Positions 1 to 12,400 of a DNA stretch of 64,000 nucleotides are shown piece after piece. How positions within the stretch are numbered: the first letter of the stretch is position 1; every line of letters begins with the position of its first letter. The position numbers and the translations under genes are program-made. Under the pieces are notes generated by a model that saw nothing but the letters and a program-made list of their open reading frames with translations, was not told where the DNA came from and ran no database searches. This DNA is from the human T2T-CHM13v2.0 reference genome, Homo sapiens. The stretch lies in NCBI RefSeq assembly GCF_009914755.1, contig NC_060933.1. One strand, 5' to 3'.

Positions 1-370
1 ATTGTGGCTCAGGAAAAAAAATGTCAAATTAAAAGGCAAAATGTAATGAGAGAGATGAATAGGCAAAGTAGAGAGGATTTTTAGGTCAGCAAAACTATTT
101 TATATGATACTATAATGATGGAAACATGTCAGTGTACATTTGTCAAAATTTGTAGAATGTTCAACACCAAGAGTGAACCCTAATATAAACTATGGACTTT
201 CAGTGATAATGGCAGTGTAGGTTCATCACTTGTAACAATTTTGCCATTCTGGTGTGGGATATTGATAGTGGGAGAGGCCAGTCTTGTGTAGGGGCAGGAG
301 GTACAGAAGAACTCTGTTCTTTCTTCTCAATTTTGCTGTGAGCCTAAAATTTCTCTAAAAAATAGTCTAT
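1..370 (+). mobile_element. L1MC/L1MD-type LINE 3' UTR, truncated by window start
   Basis: Motifs CACCAAGAGTGAACCCTAATATAAACTATGGACTTT and CTCAATTTTGCTGTGAGCCTAAAA typical of L1MC/MD 3' ends. Confidence 0.8.
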
Positions 371-1261
371 ATTTTTTTATTGTAACGAATGTGGAGAAAA
401 CATTTGCATTGCAATGTCAAACACGGCTCCATAATTCAAACTACCTACTCAAGCCAAACAATGAATTTCTTAGTGAAGTTGACTTCTGAGTTAAAATAAC
501 ATTTAATTTCTTAATTGTCACAATTTGGACATATTACTGCTTTTTAAATGAAATGGCTATTAATTTTTAATTAAAAGTTAATTATAAATTAGAAAATGTA
601 TATAAATGAAATGATATTCAATGTGTTACATTTAAAATTTTCTGGGTAGTGATTTATGTGCATTTTGGGGGGAGAAAGCAAATTTTTATCGGCTTCCTGA
701 AGAAGACTGAGACCTCAAAATAGGAAAAGCTATAAACTAAAATACTCAAAAAATGTAAGGGAGTAAAATGATAACTTTTCATTTATTTTGAAATATAGCA
801 GGTTTGAGAATTGAGTGAGGAAGAAATCAGAGGATGGTTGTGAAAGTAGAGGATATCAGGAAGACTGTGTAAGAGGTCCCCACCAGAAAATGATAGGAAA
901 GAAAGCCATTTTGATACGAAGGAAAATACAAGGTAAAGAAATCAGCAACTGCCAAAATCTTTGAGATGCAAGTATGCCCAGTGTGTTCAAGGAACAGCAA
1001 GTGGATCAAGGTGGGTGGTGTGGAGTATGGACAAAAGCAATAGATGGTGTTGGAAAAACTAGCGGACTGGCGGTGGGAATGTGTGTCATCTTTAAGGATT
1101 ATCTGAACAGAATGGCAAGCCATTGTCAAGTCTAACAAACTTTTGAGTATGAACTATGTGCTAGGAGTAGTTAACTTAGAATAAAAATATGTTTTCATGA
1201 ATGTGCACTGTCCTAAGATTTGTGGTGAGAGACACATTATTTATGAACACAATAATCTCTG

Positions 1262-1625
1262 TGATATGGTTGGCTGTTTCCCCACCCAAATCTCATCTTG
1301 AATTGTAGTTCCCATAATCCCCACATGTGGTGGGAGGAACCCAGTGGGAGACAACTGAATCATGGGTGGGTTTCCCCCATGCTATTCTTGTGATGGTAAG
1401 TTTTCACGAGATCTGATGATTTTATAAGGGGCCTCCCCCTTTGCTTGGCTCTTCTCCTTCCTGCCACCATATAAAGGGCATGTTTGCTTCCCTTTCAGCC
1501 ACGATTGTAAGTTTCCTGAGGCCTCCCGAGCCACGCTGAACTGTGAGTAAATTAAACCTCTTTTCTTTATAAATTACCCAGTCTCGTTTATGTCTTTATT
1601 AGCAGCGTGAAAACGGACTAATATA
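1262..1625 (+). mobile_element. THE1 (THE1D-like) MaLR solo LTR
   Basis: Starts TGATATGGTTGGCTG..CCCACCCAAATCTCATCTTGAATTG, ends GGACTAATATA; 5-bp TSD CTCTG/CCCTG. Confidence 0.9.
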
Positions 1626-1856
1626 CCCTGCTTTCAGGCTCTTTAAATGTGTTTGTTTCAAGAATAACACATATGCAAAATAGAACAAAAATTTATTTCG
1701 AAACTACATCATAAAAATATGCAATGCAAGTTGGAAGAAATGAAATAGTATAGAATAAGAAGACATATAGTATTTTATAAAGAAGGAGTCATTGATAATG
1801 GCTTTAGATAATGGACAAAAATTAGATAAGAGTTTCTAGTTTTACAGTAGTTTCTA

Positions 1857-2006
1857 TTTTTCCTTCCTTCTTTCCCTCCTTGCTTCCTGCCTGCCTTCCT
1901 TCCTTCCTTCTTCCTTCCTTTCCTTCTTTATTTCTTTTTTTCTCTCTTTTTCTTTCTCTTTCTCTTTCATTTCCTTCCTTCCTTTTTTTTCTTTTTTTTT
2001 TCTTTT
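1857..2006. repeat. CT-rich low-complexity tract, (TTCC)n/(TTTC)n
   Basis: Direct inspection. Confidence 0.9.
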
Positions 2007-3690
2007 GAGTAAGAAGTATACTGACAATCAGGATGTTTGCCTAGAATAAATGAAAAAGTAAGTTATTAGCCCGGCAGCCAAATAAAACTATTTCAAAAAT
2101 AGGAGCAAGGTCAACTCTGCAGATTGCAGATGAGAAGATGATTTAAAAAAGATAAAATAAAATTCTCAGGTAGCCAAAGGAATTGTTATAGTCTCACTGG
2201 TGACCTTGGGAAGACATTTTTATTATAATTCTGAAGAGAGGGCAATTAGAGAGAGTTGAAGAATGAATGAGGAACTCAGCTTCCACAGGGTCATAGACTA
2301 TAAACACTTAGAAAATATGCTGCAAAATATAAAGATTTTTACCAAAACAAGCTAAACATTTAAAAATGTACTGTTGAACTAACAGAAAACTGAGAGAAAT
2401 CACTAAAGGATTCATCAAGATAAACTAAGATCAAAAACAAGAAAATAAAGCAAACTCAAACACCAAAGGTACACTGGGAAAAAAAGAAGTCCTGGGGATG
2501 TAGTGCTATAGAGACATACAGCCTAAGTCAATAGCTGAACCTGAAAGAGGCTCCTTGCAGTGGCTATACCTCAGTGTAAATGGAGCCTAAAATAAAATAA
2601 AATCTTAAAGAAAATGTGCGATTTTGCTCTAAATAGAAAGTAAAAATGTAAGTCTTTCCCAAGAATAAGCAATGATAGCCTGCTTTCACATGGTTCAGGG
2701 GATAGAATATTTAGTTCCCCTGAGGCCAGGAAAACCTCAAGCCAAGATTATTAACTGGAAGCGGCTGCAGATTGTTAATGCCTAATGAAATCCAGGAGAA
2801 TAAAAACTCAGATTTCCTCCAGAAAGAAGCAACTTTAACATCAGTACTGACATTAAAAATGGCAATGTACTTAGACACCAAATTATCAAAATTTTCAGTT
2901 ATACAATATAAAATAACTTTGTATAAAATGTTTAAAGAAATTAAAAATTGGCTGAATACATAGTTGAGGTAAAGAAGATATCAAAAGTAACCAGGCAGGT
3001 TAAAAAACAAAAAGATTTCTGATTTAAACTCGAAATGTACAGAGTTTAGAAAACATCACTCTCTTTCACATAGCAAGAAAAACCTGGACAAACTAAAAGT
3101 CAATGACCTTGCTTGGACCCATTAGAGAACTTACTTAGGCTTCATGGCAAACTACCACCCTGAATCCAGAAAGCCAGATGCATCCAAAGGATGCAGGAAC
3201 CAAGATCTGCTTACCTGAGCAGGACTCACTGGAGCCATAAACTAGTAGGAACACTTAAATGGTAGTTTTGACAAATTGCTGCAGGCTAAATGTCAACTAA
3301 CATGAATGTGTTTCTTAGAGGCTGAAATCTTAGGACTCCTCCACTCCAACATTCTTGTGTTCTTTAACTCCAGGAATATGACCTGGTTCTCATGGTAAAG
3401 ACCCAAGACAGTACCCCTCTTTCTTGGTCAGGAAGACTGAAAGGGTAATCATTACAAAAGACTTTTTTATAAGAAAAACCTATGGTCCAGGGAAAAGATT
3501 TTGCCAGAGCCTTATCTCAGCAGAGGGCAGGGCATTTCCCTGACTCCAGCCCCCTTTCCTCCCCATGTCTCACCTAACGAGGGAGGCAGGTTGCAGAAAC
3601 GGTTATGAAGGTCACAGCCCAAGGACATAGACAAAAAGACTGAGATATATTCAGAAGATTATAGAATTTGTCACTCACACAGTTTATTAC

Positions 3691-4116
3691 TGAGTGAGGA
3701 GTATTTCCTGCCGATGGGTTCATGGTCTTGATGGGTTCGTGGTCTGGATAACTTCAAAGAATGAAGCTGCGGACCTTCGTGGTGAACATTACAGCTCAAA
3801 AAGAGTCCACGGACCAGGAGAGTGAGCAGCAGCACAGTTTATGGAACAAAGCTAAAGGAAAGTGTCCACGTGGTGGAAGGGGACCTGTATGGGTTGCCCT
3901 TGCTGGGCCGGGTGGCTAAGGCTTATATTCCTGTGTTACTGCCTCCCCATTCTTTCTTTTTGCCCATTGAGCGTGGTTCTTTTTTCAGTCCTCCCTTGGA
4001 GTGGTTAATTTTGAATCCTTCACTCGATTGGTTAAGAACTCAAAACCCTGGGTCACAGAGGTCTTTTGCAAAAGCCCCCGAAGCGGCCCAGGAAGTCCCG
4101 CCAATTCCACCTCTCA
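3691..4116 (-). mobile_element. ERV1 solo LTR related to LTR12 (ERV9 group), short variant
   Basis: TG...CA termini; 4-bp TSD TTAC (3687-3690/4117-4120); LTR12-like ACTTCAAAGAATGAAGCTGCGGACCTTCGTGGTG; minus strand begins TGAGAGGTGGAA. Confidence 0.75.
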
Positions 4117-4391
4117 TTACCATACCTATAGGATTCCAGTACAATAAAAGTAGGTAACAACAGAAAAAGCTTCAAGACACATACTCTGTCTAAAAAGGAG
4201 TTTTTAGGGAAGCCCCAAATCCATAGAGAAGAGACAGAAAACAATGTCTCCAGAGAAATTTGAACCCACTTGTACCAACAGCTACAGAAAATTAAACACA
4301 GTATAACTCCTAGCCAAATAACAAAAATGCTCACACTAGGTCTATTTACTGCAGGTCCTGTGAGATTATACAATACGTTCAGTATTCAAGC

Positions 4392-4901
4392 TGTGCAATA
4401 TGATGAGGTTTCTCTTCAAATAACCTGATCAATCCTCTATTCTTTAATTCACAGTACCCACTCCCCGCTTTCCTTTTTCTCTTTTTACTTCCTTTCTGCC
4501 TTTGTTACACGCCCAGACACACCACAGTACCAGGCGTTATCAGTACCAGCTCCCCTTCCTTTCCTTATTTGGAAAGAAGACTAGCTTTCTAGCTCATTGC
4601 AGACACCCCTTCCCCTTTCCCCTCTCTCCCTTATGTGCTCACCTGATCTAAAAAAAATGTTCAAAAGTTTAGCCAATCAGGATTAGTTTAGATTGTACGG
4701 CCTGACCTCGGCCAATGGGGAAAGGGTACAGGGGCAGGACTTGCATCAGGAGTAAACACTGTAATGCCCCTTTGTTCAGGTGTGCTCTCATGGTGACTGG
4801 CCAAAGAGAGGCACCCCTCTGCGCAGAAGTAAAATTGTTTTGCTAAGAATCCTTTGTTTGAGTATGCAATTTCCTTAGGATTTTGAGTGTTATTCCCAAC
4901 A
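4392..4901 (+). mobile_element. LTR10-family (HERV-I group) solo LTR
   Basis: TG..CA termini; GCACCCCTCTGCGCAGAAGTAAAATTG..GGATTTTGAGTGTTATTCCCAACA end recalled from LTR10; TSD unclear. Confidence 0.7.
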
Positions 4902-5122
4902 AAAACAAGTTACAAGACATGACAAAAACCAAGAGAAAACAAAGTCTGAACAGAAAATCATCAGAACCAGAGTCATATATGGCAGATATTGGAATGATCA
5001 GGTAGGAAATTTAAAATTCTGATTACTGTGTTAAGGATTCTAACTGAAAATGTAGACCCCATGCAAGAACAAATGGGTAATGTAAGTAGGTAGGAACTAC
5101 AGGAAAGAATGCAAAAGAAATA

Positions 5123-6096
5123 TAGTATTCCCCCTGTGTGAGAAGACAATATTATAACAAATGTAGTTAAAGATTTTAGTTGGCTTTCATTTGCAATTCT
5201 ACAATCAGACATCTCATTCTAAAAATGCAATGAGTATTCCAATGAGCTGGGCAGAGTAGTTTGGTTTTATAGACAGAGAATTGCTGAAATAAGCAGAAAA
5301 AAAGAATGAAAAGCAATTTGGTCATTTCAAAGTTACATTATTTATAAAGGTTATAACGGAGGGAATTCCCTTATTGAAGCAGCTAAAACAGCTTGTTTGG
5401 GAATTTGGCTGCTATCTCTCAGTCTAAGGATTTCTGGGAAGGTCACAAAGACAACGTAGCTTCTGCCTGATGACATGGAACTTTAGTGTGAATAACTCCA
5501 TTTTGCTTTGGCCAGTTGGGCCTAGTGCAGAAGCTCAGTTCAAATCAATGGCCTATAAATTGTATTTAATACCCTTATTACCTGGAGTTATGTTCTTAAT
5601 ACTCCCAGTGGATGCCTGAAACTGCAGATAGCATCAAACCCTATATATACTATGTTTTTTCATACACACACATACCTATAATAAAGTTTAACTTATAAAT
5701 TAGGCACAGTAATGGATTAACAATGATAATTAATAATAAAACAGAACAATTATAATAATATACCCTAATAAAAATTATGTGAATTTCATCTCTAGCTCAC
5801 ACACACATGCATCCTCTCTCTCTCAACATATTGTAACCTACTCACACTTCTTATGATGATGATGTGAGATGGTAAAATTCCTGTGTAGTGGGATAAAGTA
5901 AGGTGAATGTTGTAGGCACTGTGACATTGTATTAGGCTGCTATTGACCTTCTAAGGATACATCAGAAGGAGGATCATCTGCTTTGCGTGACCCTAGACCT
6001 TTGCACCATGATGAGCTATGGAGATTTTTCAGACCGCAGTTGACCAAGGGTAATGAAACCATAGCAAGTGAAACTGAGGATAAGCAGGGATTACTG
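5123..6096 (-). mobile_element. MER44 (Tigger7-derived DNA transposon), interrupted by an LTR inside its terminal repeat
   Basis: TA flanks at 5121-5122 and 6097-6098; CCCAGTGGATGCCTGAAACTGCAGATAG and ATAAAGTTTAACTTATAAATTAGGCACAGTAA MER44 motifs; TIR end GGATAAGCAGGGATTACTG. Confidence 0.85.
5135..5571 (-). mobile_element. Solo LTR, LTR47/MER72-like
   Basis: Minus strand begins TATTAAATACAATTTATAGGCCATTGATTTGAACTGAGCTTCTGCACTAGGCC; inserted in the C-run of the MER44 TIR. Confidence 0.65.
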
Positions 6097-6724
6097 TATT
6101 AGAAAACAAATGCACTTTAGCAGAAATGAAGAATATTTCTGATGCATGGGCTCAATAATAGACTAGGCTTGGCTGAAGAAAGAATCAGTGAACTTGAAAA
6201 CTTCGAAGATAAGTAAATAGAAGCTTTACAAACTAAAATGCAAAGATAAAAAAGAATGCAAAATTTTTTTAAAAAAACAGAAACAACAAGAACTGTGGGA
6301 CAGTTTCAAAATGTGTAACATACATACAGGTGGAAGACCAGAAAAAGAATACAGACCAGGAGAAATATTTGAAGCAATATGGTCAAGAATGTTTCATAAT
6401 TAATGACAGACACAAAACCAAAGAACTAGGATGCTCAGAAAACACCAAGCAGTATAAATATTAAAATCTTTATACCTTACGCATATATTCAAACTGTAGA
6501 AAACTAAAAGCAAAAAAGCAATTTTGCAAAAAGTCCATGTTGGGTGAGGTGGAAGCAAGAATAAAAATTGCAGTGGACTTCTTATCCAAAACCATGCATG
6601 CCAGAAAAGAGAAGAGTGAAATATCTGAAGTGTGAAAAGAAAAACAATAAAAAAAGCAAACACCAAATGACAATTGCATAGCCAGAAAAGGTATCCTTCA
6701 AAAGTGAACGAGAAATAAAGACAT

Positions 6725-9031
6725 TGTATTATTCAATTTTCGTACTGCTATGAAAAAATACCTGAGACTGGGTAATTTACAAAGAAAAAGAAGTTTAATG
6801 GACTCACAGTTCCACATGTCTAGGGAGGCCTCACAATCACAGCAGAAGGCAAAGAAGGAGCAAAGACAGATCTTCCATGGCAGTAGGCAAGAGAGTGTGT
6901 GCAGGGGAACAGCCCTTTATACAACCATCAGATCTCATGAGACTTATTCACTATCATGAGAACAGCACAGGAAAAACCTGCTCTCATGATTTAATTACCT
7001 CCCACCACATCCTTTCCATGACACGTGGGGATTATGGGAGGTAGAATTCAAGATGAGATTTGGGTGAGGACACAGAGCCAAACCATATCATGCCACCTCT
7101 GGCCCCTCCCAAATCTTATGTCTTCACATTGCAAAACAAATCATGCCTTCCCAACAGTTCCCCAAAGTCTTAATTCACTTCAGCATTAACTCAAAAGTCT
7201 GCAGACCAAAATTTCAGCTGAGACAAGGCAAGGTCCTTCCACCTATGAGCCTGTAAAATCAAAAGCGAGTTAGTTACTTCCTAGATACAATAAGAGTACA
7301 GGCATTGGGTAATTACACCTGTTCCAAGTGGGAGAAACTGACCAAAACAAAGGGGCTGCAGAGTCCATGCAAGTCCAAAATCCTATAAGGCAGTCATTAT
7401 AGTTCCAAAATGAGCTCCTTTGACTTCATGTCACACATCCAGGTCACACTGATGGCAAGAGGTGGGTTTCCATGGTCTTGAGCTGCTCTGCCCCTGTGGC
7501 TTTGCTAGGTACAACCCCCTTCCTGGCTGCTTTCACAGGTTGGTGTTGAGTGTGGCTTTTCCAGGTGCACAAGTGCAAGCTATGCAAGCTGTTGGTGCAT
7601 CTACCATTCTGGGGTCTGGAGGATGGTGGCCCTCTTCTCACAGTTCCACTAGGCAGTGCCCCAGTGGGGACTCTCTGTGGGGGCTCCCACCTGATATTTC
7701 CCCTCTGTACTGCCTTAGCAGAGGTTCTCCATCAGGGCCCTAACCCTGCAGCAAATGTCTGCCTGGACATCCAGGGGTTTCCATACATTCTCTGAAATCT
7801 CTGCAGAGGTGCCCTAACCTCAACTCTTGACTTCTGTGCCCCTGCAGGCTCCATACCATATGGATAGTGCCAATGCTCCAGGCTTGCACCCTCAGAAGCT
7901 ACAGCCAGTGATATACCTTGGCCCCTTTTAGCCATGGCTGGAGTGGCTGCGATGCAGGGCACCAAGTCCCTAGGCTGCACACAGGAGGGGGCCCTGGGCC
8001 TGGCCCATAAATCATTTTTCCCTCCTAGGCCTGTGATAGGAGCGACTGTCATGAAGGACTCGGATATGCCCTGGAGACATTTTCCCTATTGTCGTGATGA
8101 TTAGCATTTGGCTCCTCATTACTTATGCAAATTTCTGCAGCAGCCTTGAATTTCTCCCCAGAAAATGGGTTTTTCTTTTATTCCACAAGTCAGGTTGCAA
8201 ATTTTTCAAACTTTTATGCTCTGCCTCCTTTTGAAAACTTTGCCATTTTGAAATTTCTTCCAGCAGATACCCTAAATTATCTCTCTCAAGTTCAAAGTTC
8301 CACAAATTTCTAAAGCAGAGGCAAAATGCCACCAGTCTCTTTGCATAAAAAGAATGACCTTTACTCCAGTTCCCAATAAGTTCCTCATCTCCATCTGAGA
8401 CCATCTCAGCCTGGACTTTATTGTCCATATCACTATCAGCATTTTGGTGAAAGCCATTCAACAAGTCTCTAAGAAGTTACAAACTTTCCCACATCTTCCT
8501 GTCTTCTGAGCCCTCCAAGTCTCTAGAAAGTTTCAAACTTTCCCACTTTTTCCTATTATCTTCTGAGCCCTCTAAACTGTTCCAATCTCTGCCTGTTACC
8601 CAATTCTAAAGTTGTTTCCACATTTTCACATAGTTTAATAGCAGTGGCCCACTCCTGATACCAATTTAGTGTATTTGCCCATTTTCATACTGCTATGAAG
8701 AAATCCCTGAGACTGGGTAATTTATAAAGAAAAAGAAGTTTAATGGACTCACAGTTCCACGTGTCTGAGGATGCCTCACAATCATGGTGAAAGGCAAAGG
8801 AGGAGCAAAGACACATCTTACATGGTTCAGGCAAGACAGCGTGTGAGGGGAACTAACCTTTATAAAACCATCAAATCTCATGAGACTTGTTCACTATCAC
8901 AAGAACAGCATGGGGAAAAAATACAGTCATGATTCAATTACCTCCCACCATGCCACTTCCATGACATGTGGGGATTATGAGAGCTACAGTTCAAGATGAG
9001 ATTTGGGTGGGGACACAGTCAAACCATATCA
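6725..9031 (-). mobile_element. Complete THE1 (THE1C-like) MaLR element: LTR 6725-7090, internal 7091-8669, LTR 8670-9031
   Basis: Two direct LTRs; perfect 5-bp TSD GACAT (6720-6724/9032-9036); MaLR internal ORF relics (MLNGFHQNADSDMDNKVQAE...). Confidence 0.95.
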
Positions 9032-9048
9032 GACATTCTCTGATATTT

Positions 9049-9079
<31 letters not shown>

Positions 9080-9438
9080 AATCATTGCCAACAGATCTTT
9101 GAAAGAAATGTTGAAGTAATTTGTTTAGAGGAAGAATTATATAGATCGAAACCGGGATATACCTAATGAAAGAAAGGATGGCAGAGAATGAATAAATGAA
9201 GATAAAATATCTTATTTTTATTAATCATAATTGACCTATTTTATATTTTATGTAAAGCACTAAGAACAATGTTGTAATTATAAAACAATGAATAAGTACT
9301 AGAAATTGGTAATAAACATTCTGTTATAGGATACCTGCATTGCATGTGAAGCCATGTAGTGATTGATATTTGAAGGCGGACTTTAAGTAGGTAAAATTGT
9401 GTCATGTAACCTCAAGAGTAACCACTACAATATTTTAA

Positions 9439-12400
9439 TAGTTTTTAAATTTTATTTTTCCATACGTTATTGGGGTACAGGTGGTATTTGGTTACATGAG
9501 TAAGTTCTTTAGTAGAGATTTGTGAGAACCTGGTGCACCCATCACCCGAACAGTATACACTGCACCATATTTGTTGTCTTTTATCCCTTGACCCCCTACT
9601 CATTACCCCAAGTCTCCAAAGTCCATTGTATCATTCTTATGCATTTGTGTCTTCATAGCTTAGCTCCCACATATCAGTGAGAACATACGATGTTTGGTTT
9701 TCCATTCCTGAGTTACTTCACTTAGAAAAATAGTCTCTAATCTCATCCAGGTCATTGAAAATGCTGTTAATTTATTCATTTTTATGGCAGAGTAGTATTC
9801 CATCATATATATGTACCAGAGTTTCTTTATCCACTCATAGATTGATGGGCATTTGGGTTGGTTCCACAATTTTGCAATTGTGAATTGTGCTGCTATAAAC
9901 GTGCATGTGCAAGTATGCTTTTCGAATAATGGCTTCTTTTCCTCTGGGTAGATACCCAGTAGGGGATTGCTGGATCAAATGGTAGTTCTACTTTTAGTTC
10001 TTTAAGAAATCTCCACACTGTTTTCCATAGCAGCTGTACTAGTTTACATTCCCACCAGCAGTGTAGAAGTGTTCCCTGATGGCCACATCCACGCCACTGT
10101 TTTTTGATTTTTTTTTATTATGGCCATTCTTGCAGTAGAAAGGTGGTATTGCATTGTGGTTTTGATTTGCATTTCCCTGATTATGAATGATGTTGAGCAT
10201 TTTTCATATGTTTGTTGGCCATTTGTATATCTTCTTTTGAGAATTGTCTGTTCATGTTCTTAGTCCACTTTTTGATTTTTTTTTCTTATTGATTTGAGTT
10301 CATTGTAGATTCTGGATATTAGTCCTTTGTCAGATGTATAGATTGTGAAGATTTTCTCCCACTCTTTGGGTTGTCTGTTTACTCTGCTGACCGTTCCTTT
10401 TGTCATGCAAAAGTTCTTTAGTTTAATTAGGTCTCAGCTATTTATCTTTGTCTTTATTGCAATTGCTTTTGGGTTTTGGTCATGAAATCCTTGCCTAAGC
10501 CAATGTCTAAAAGGGTTTCCACAATTATAAAACCCTTTATATTTTTATAAAAATATAAAAATTATCTTCTAGAATTCTTATAGTTTCAGGTCTTAGGTTT
10601 AAGTCCTTAATCTATCTTGAGTTGATTTTTGTATAAAGGGAGAGATGAGGATCCAGTTTCATTCTCCTACATGTGGCTAACCAATTATCCCAGCACCATT
10701 TGTTGAAAAGGTAGATCAGTTGGCTGTAAATACTTGGGCTTATTTCTGGGTTCTCTATTCTGTTCTATTGGTCTATGTGCTTGTCTTTACACCAGTACCA
10801 AGCTATTTTGGTGACTATGGCCTTATAGTATAGTTTGAAATCAGGTAGTGTGATGCTTCCAGATTTGTTCTTTTTGCTTAGTCTTGCTTTGGCTATGCGG
10901 GCTCTTTTTTGGCTCCATATGAATTTTAGAATTGATTTTTCTAACTCTGTGAAGAATGATGGTGGTTTGATGGGGATTGCATTGAATTTGTAGATTGCTT
11001 TTGGTAGTATGGTCATTTTCACAATATTGATTCTACCCATCCATGAGCATGGGATGTGTTTCCATTTGTGTCATCTATGATTCCTTTTAGCAGTGTTTTG
11101 TAGTTATGCTTGTAGAAGTCTTTTGACTCCTTTGTTAGGTATATTCCTAAGTATTTTTATTTGTTTTTCAGCTATTGTAAAAGGGGTTGAGTTCTTGATT
11201 TAATTCTCCGCTTGGTCACTGTTGGTGTATAGAAGAGCTACTGATTTGTGAACATTAATCTTGTATCCAGAGACTTTGCTGAATTCTTTTATCAGTACTA
11301 GTTGCTTTCTGGTGTAGTCCTTATGGTTTTCAAGATAAACAATCATATTGTCACCAAACAGGGACAATTTGACTTCCTCTTTACTGATTTGGATGCCGTT
11401 TATCTCTTTCTCTTGTAGGATTGCTCTGGCTAAGACTTCCAGTACTGTGTTGAAGAGGAGTGGTGAGATCGGTGATCCTTATCATGTTATAGTTCTTGCG
11501 AGGAATGCTTTCAACTTTTCCCCATTCAGTAGTATGTTGGCTGTGGGTTTGTCATAGATGGCTTTTATTACATTAAGGTATGTCCCTTGTATGCCGATTT
11601 TGCTGAGGGTTTTGATCATAAATGGATGCTAGATTTTGTCAAATGCTTTTTCTGCATCTATTGAGATGATCGTGTGATTTTTGTTTTTAATTCTGTTTAT
11701 GTGGTGAATCATATTTATTGACTTGTGTCTGTTAAACCATCCATGCATCCCTGTTATGAAACCCACTTGATCATGATGGATTATTTTTTGATATGTTGCT
11801 GGATTCAGTTAGCTAATATTTTAAGGATTTTAGCATCTATGTTCATCAAGGATATTGGTCTGTAGTTTTCTTTTTTGGTTGTGTCCTTTCCTGGTTTTGG
11901 TATTAGGGTGATACTGGCTTCATACAATGAATTAGGGAGGGTTCCTTCTTTATCTATATTGTGAAATAGTGTCAAAAGGAGTGGTTCCAATTCTTCTTTG
12001 AATGTCTGCTAGAATTCTGCTGTGAATCCATCTGGTCCTGGACTTTTTTTTGTTGGTAATTTTTAAATTACCATTTCAATCTTGCTGCTATTTTTGGTCT
12101 GTTCAGGGTATCCAATTCTTCCTGATTTAAGCTAGGAGGGTTGTATTTTTCCAGGAATTTATCCATCTCTTCTAGCTTTTCCAGTTTAAGTGTGTAAAGG
12201 TATTCATAGTAGCTTTGACTGATCTTTCATATTTCAGTGGTATCAGTTGTCATACCTCCTTTTTCATTTCTCAATGAGGTTATTTGGATTTTCTGTCTTC
12301 TTTTCTTGGTTAATCTTGCTAATGGTGTATCAGTCTTATTTATCTCTTCAAAAAACCAGCTTTTTGTTTCATTTGTCTTTTGTACTTTTTGTTTGTTTGT

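Noticed and set aside
827-1138. 103-aa hydrophobic minus-strand ORF
   Set aside because: Non-ATG start; antisense of purine-rich sequence that is probably a degraded L2
8461-8575. ~55-bp tandem duplication in the THE1 internal region
   Set aside because: Recalled as common in THE1C-type internal sequences, so probably inherited rather than locus-specific
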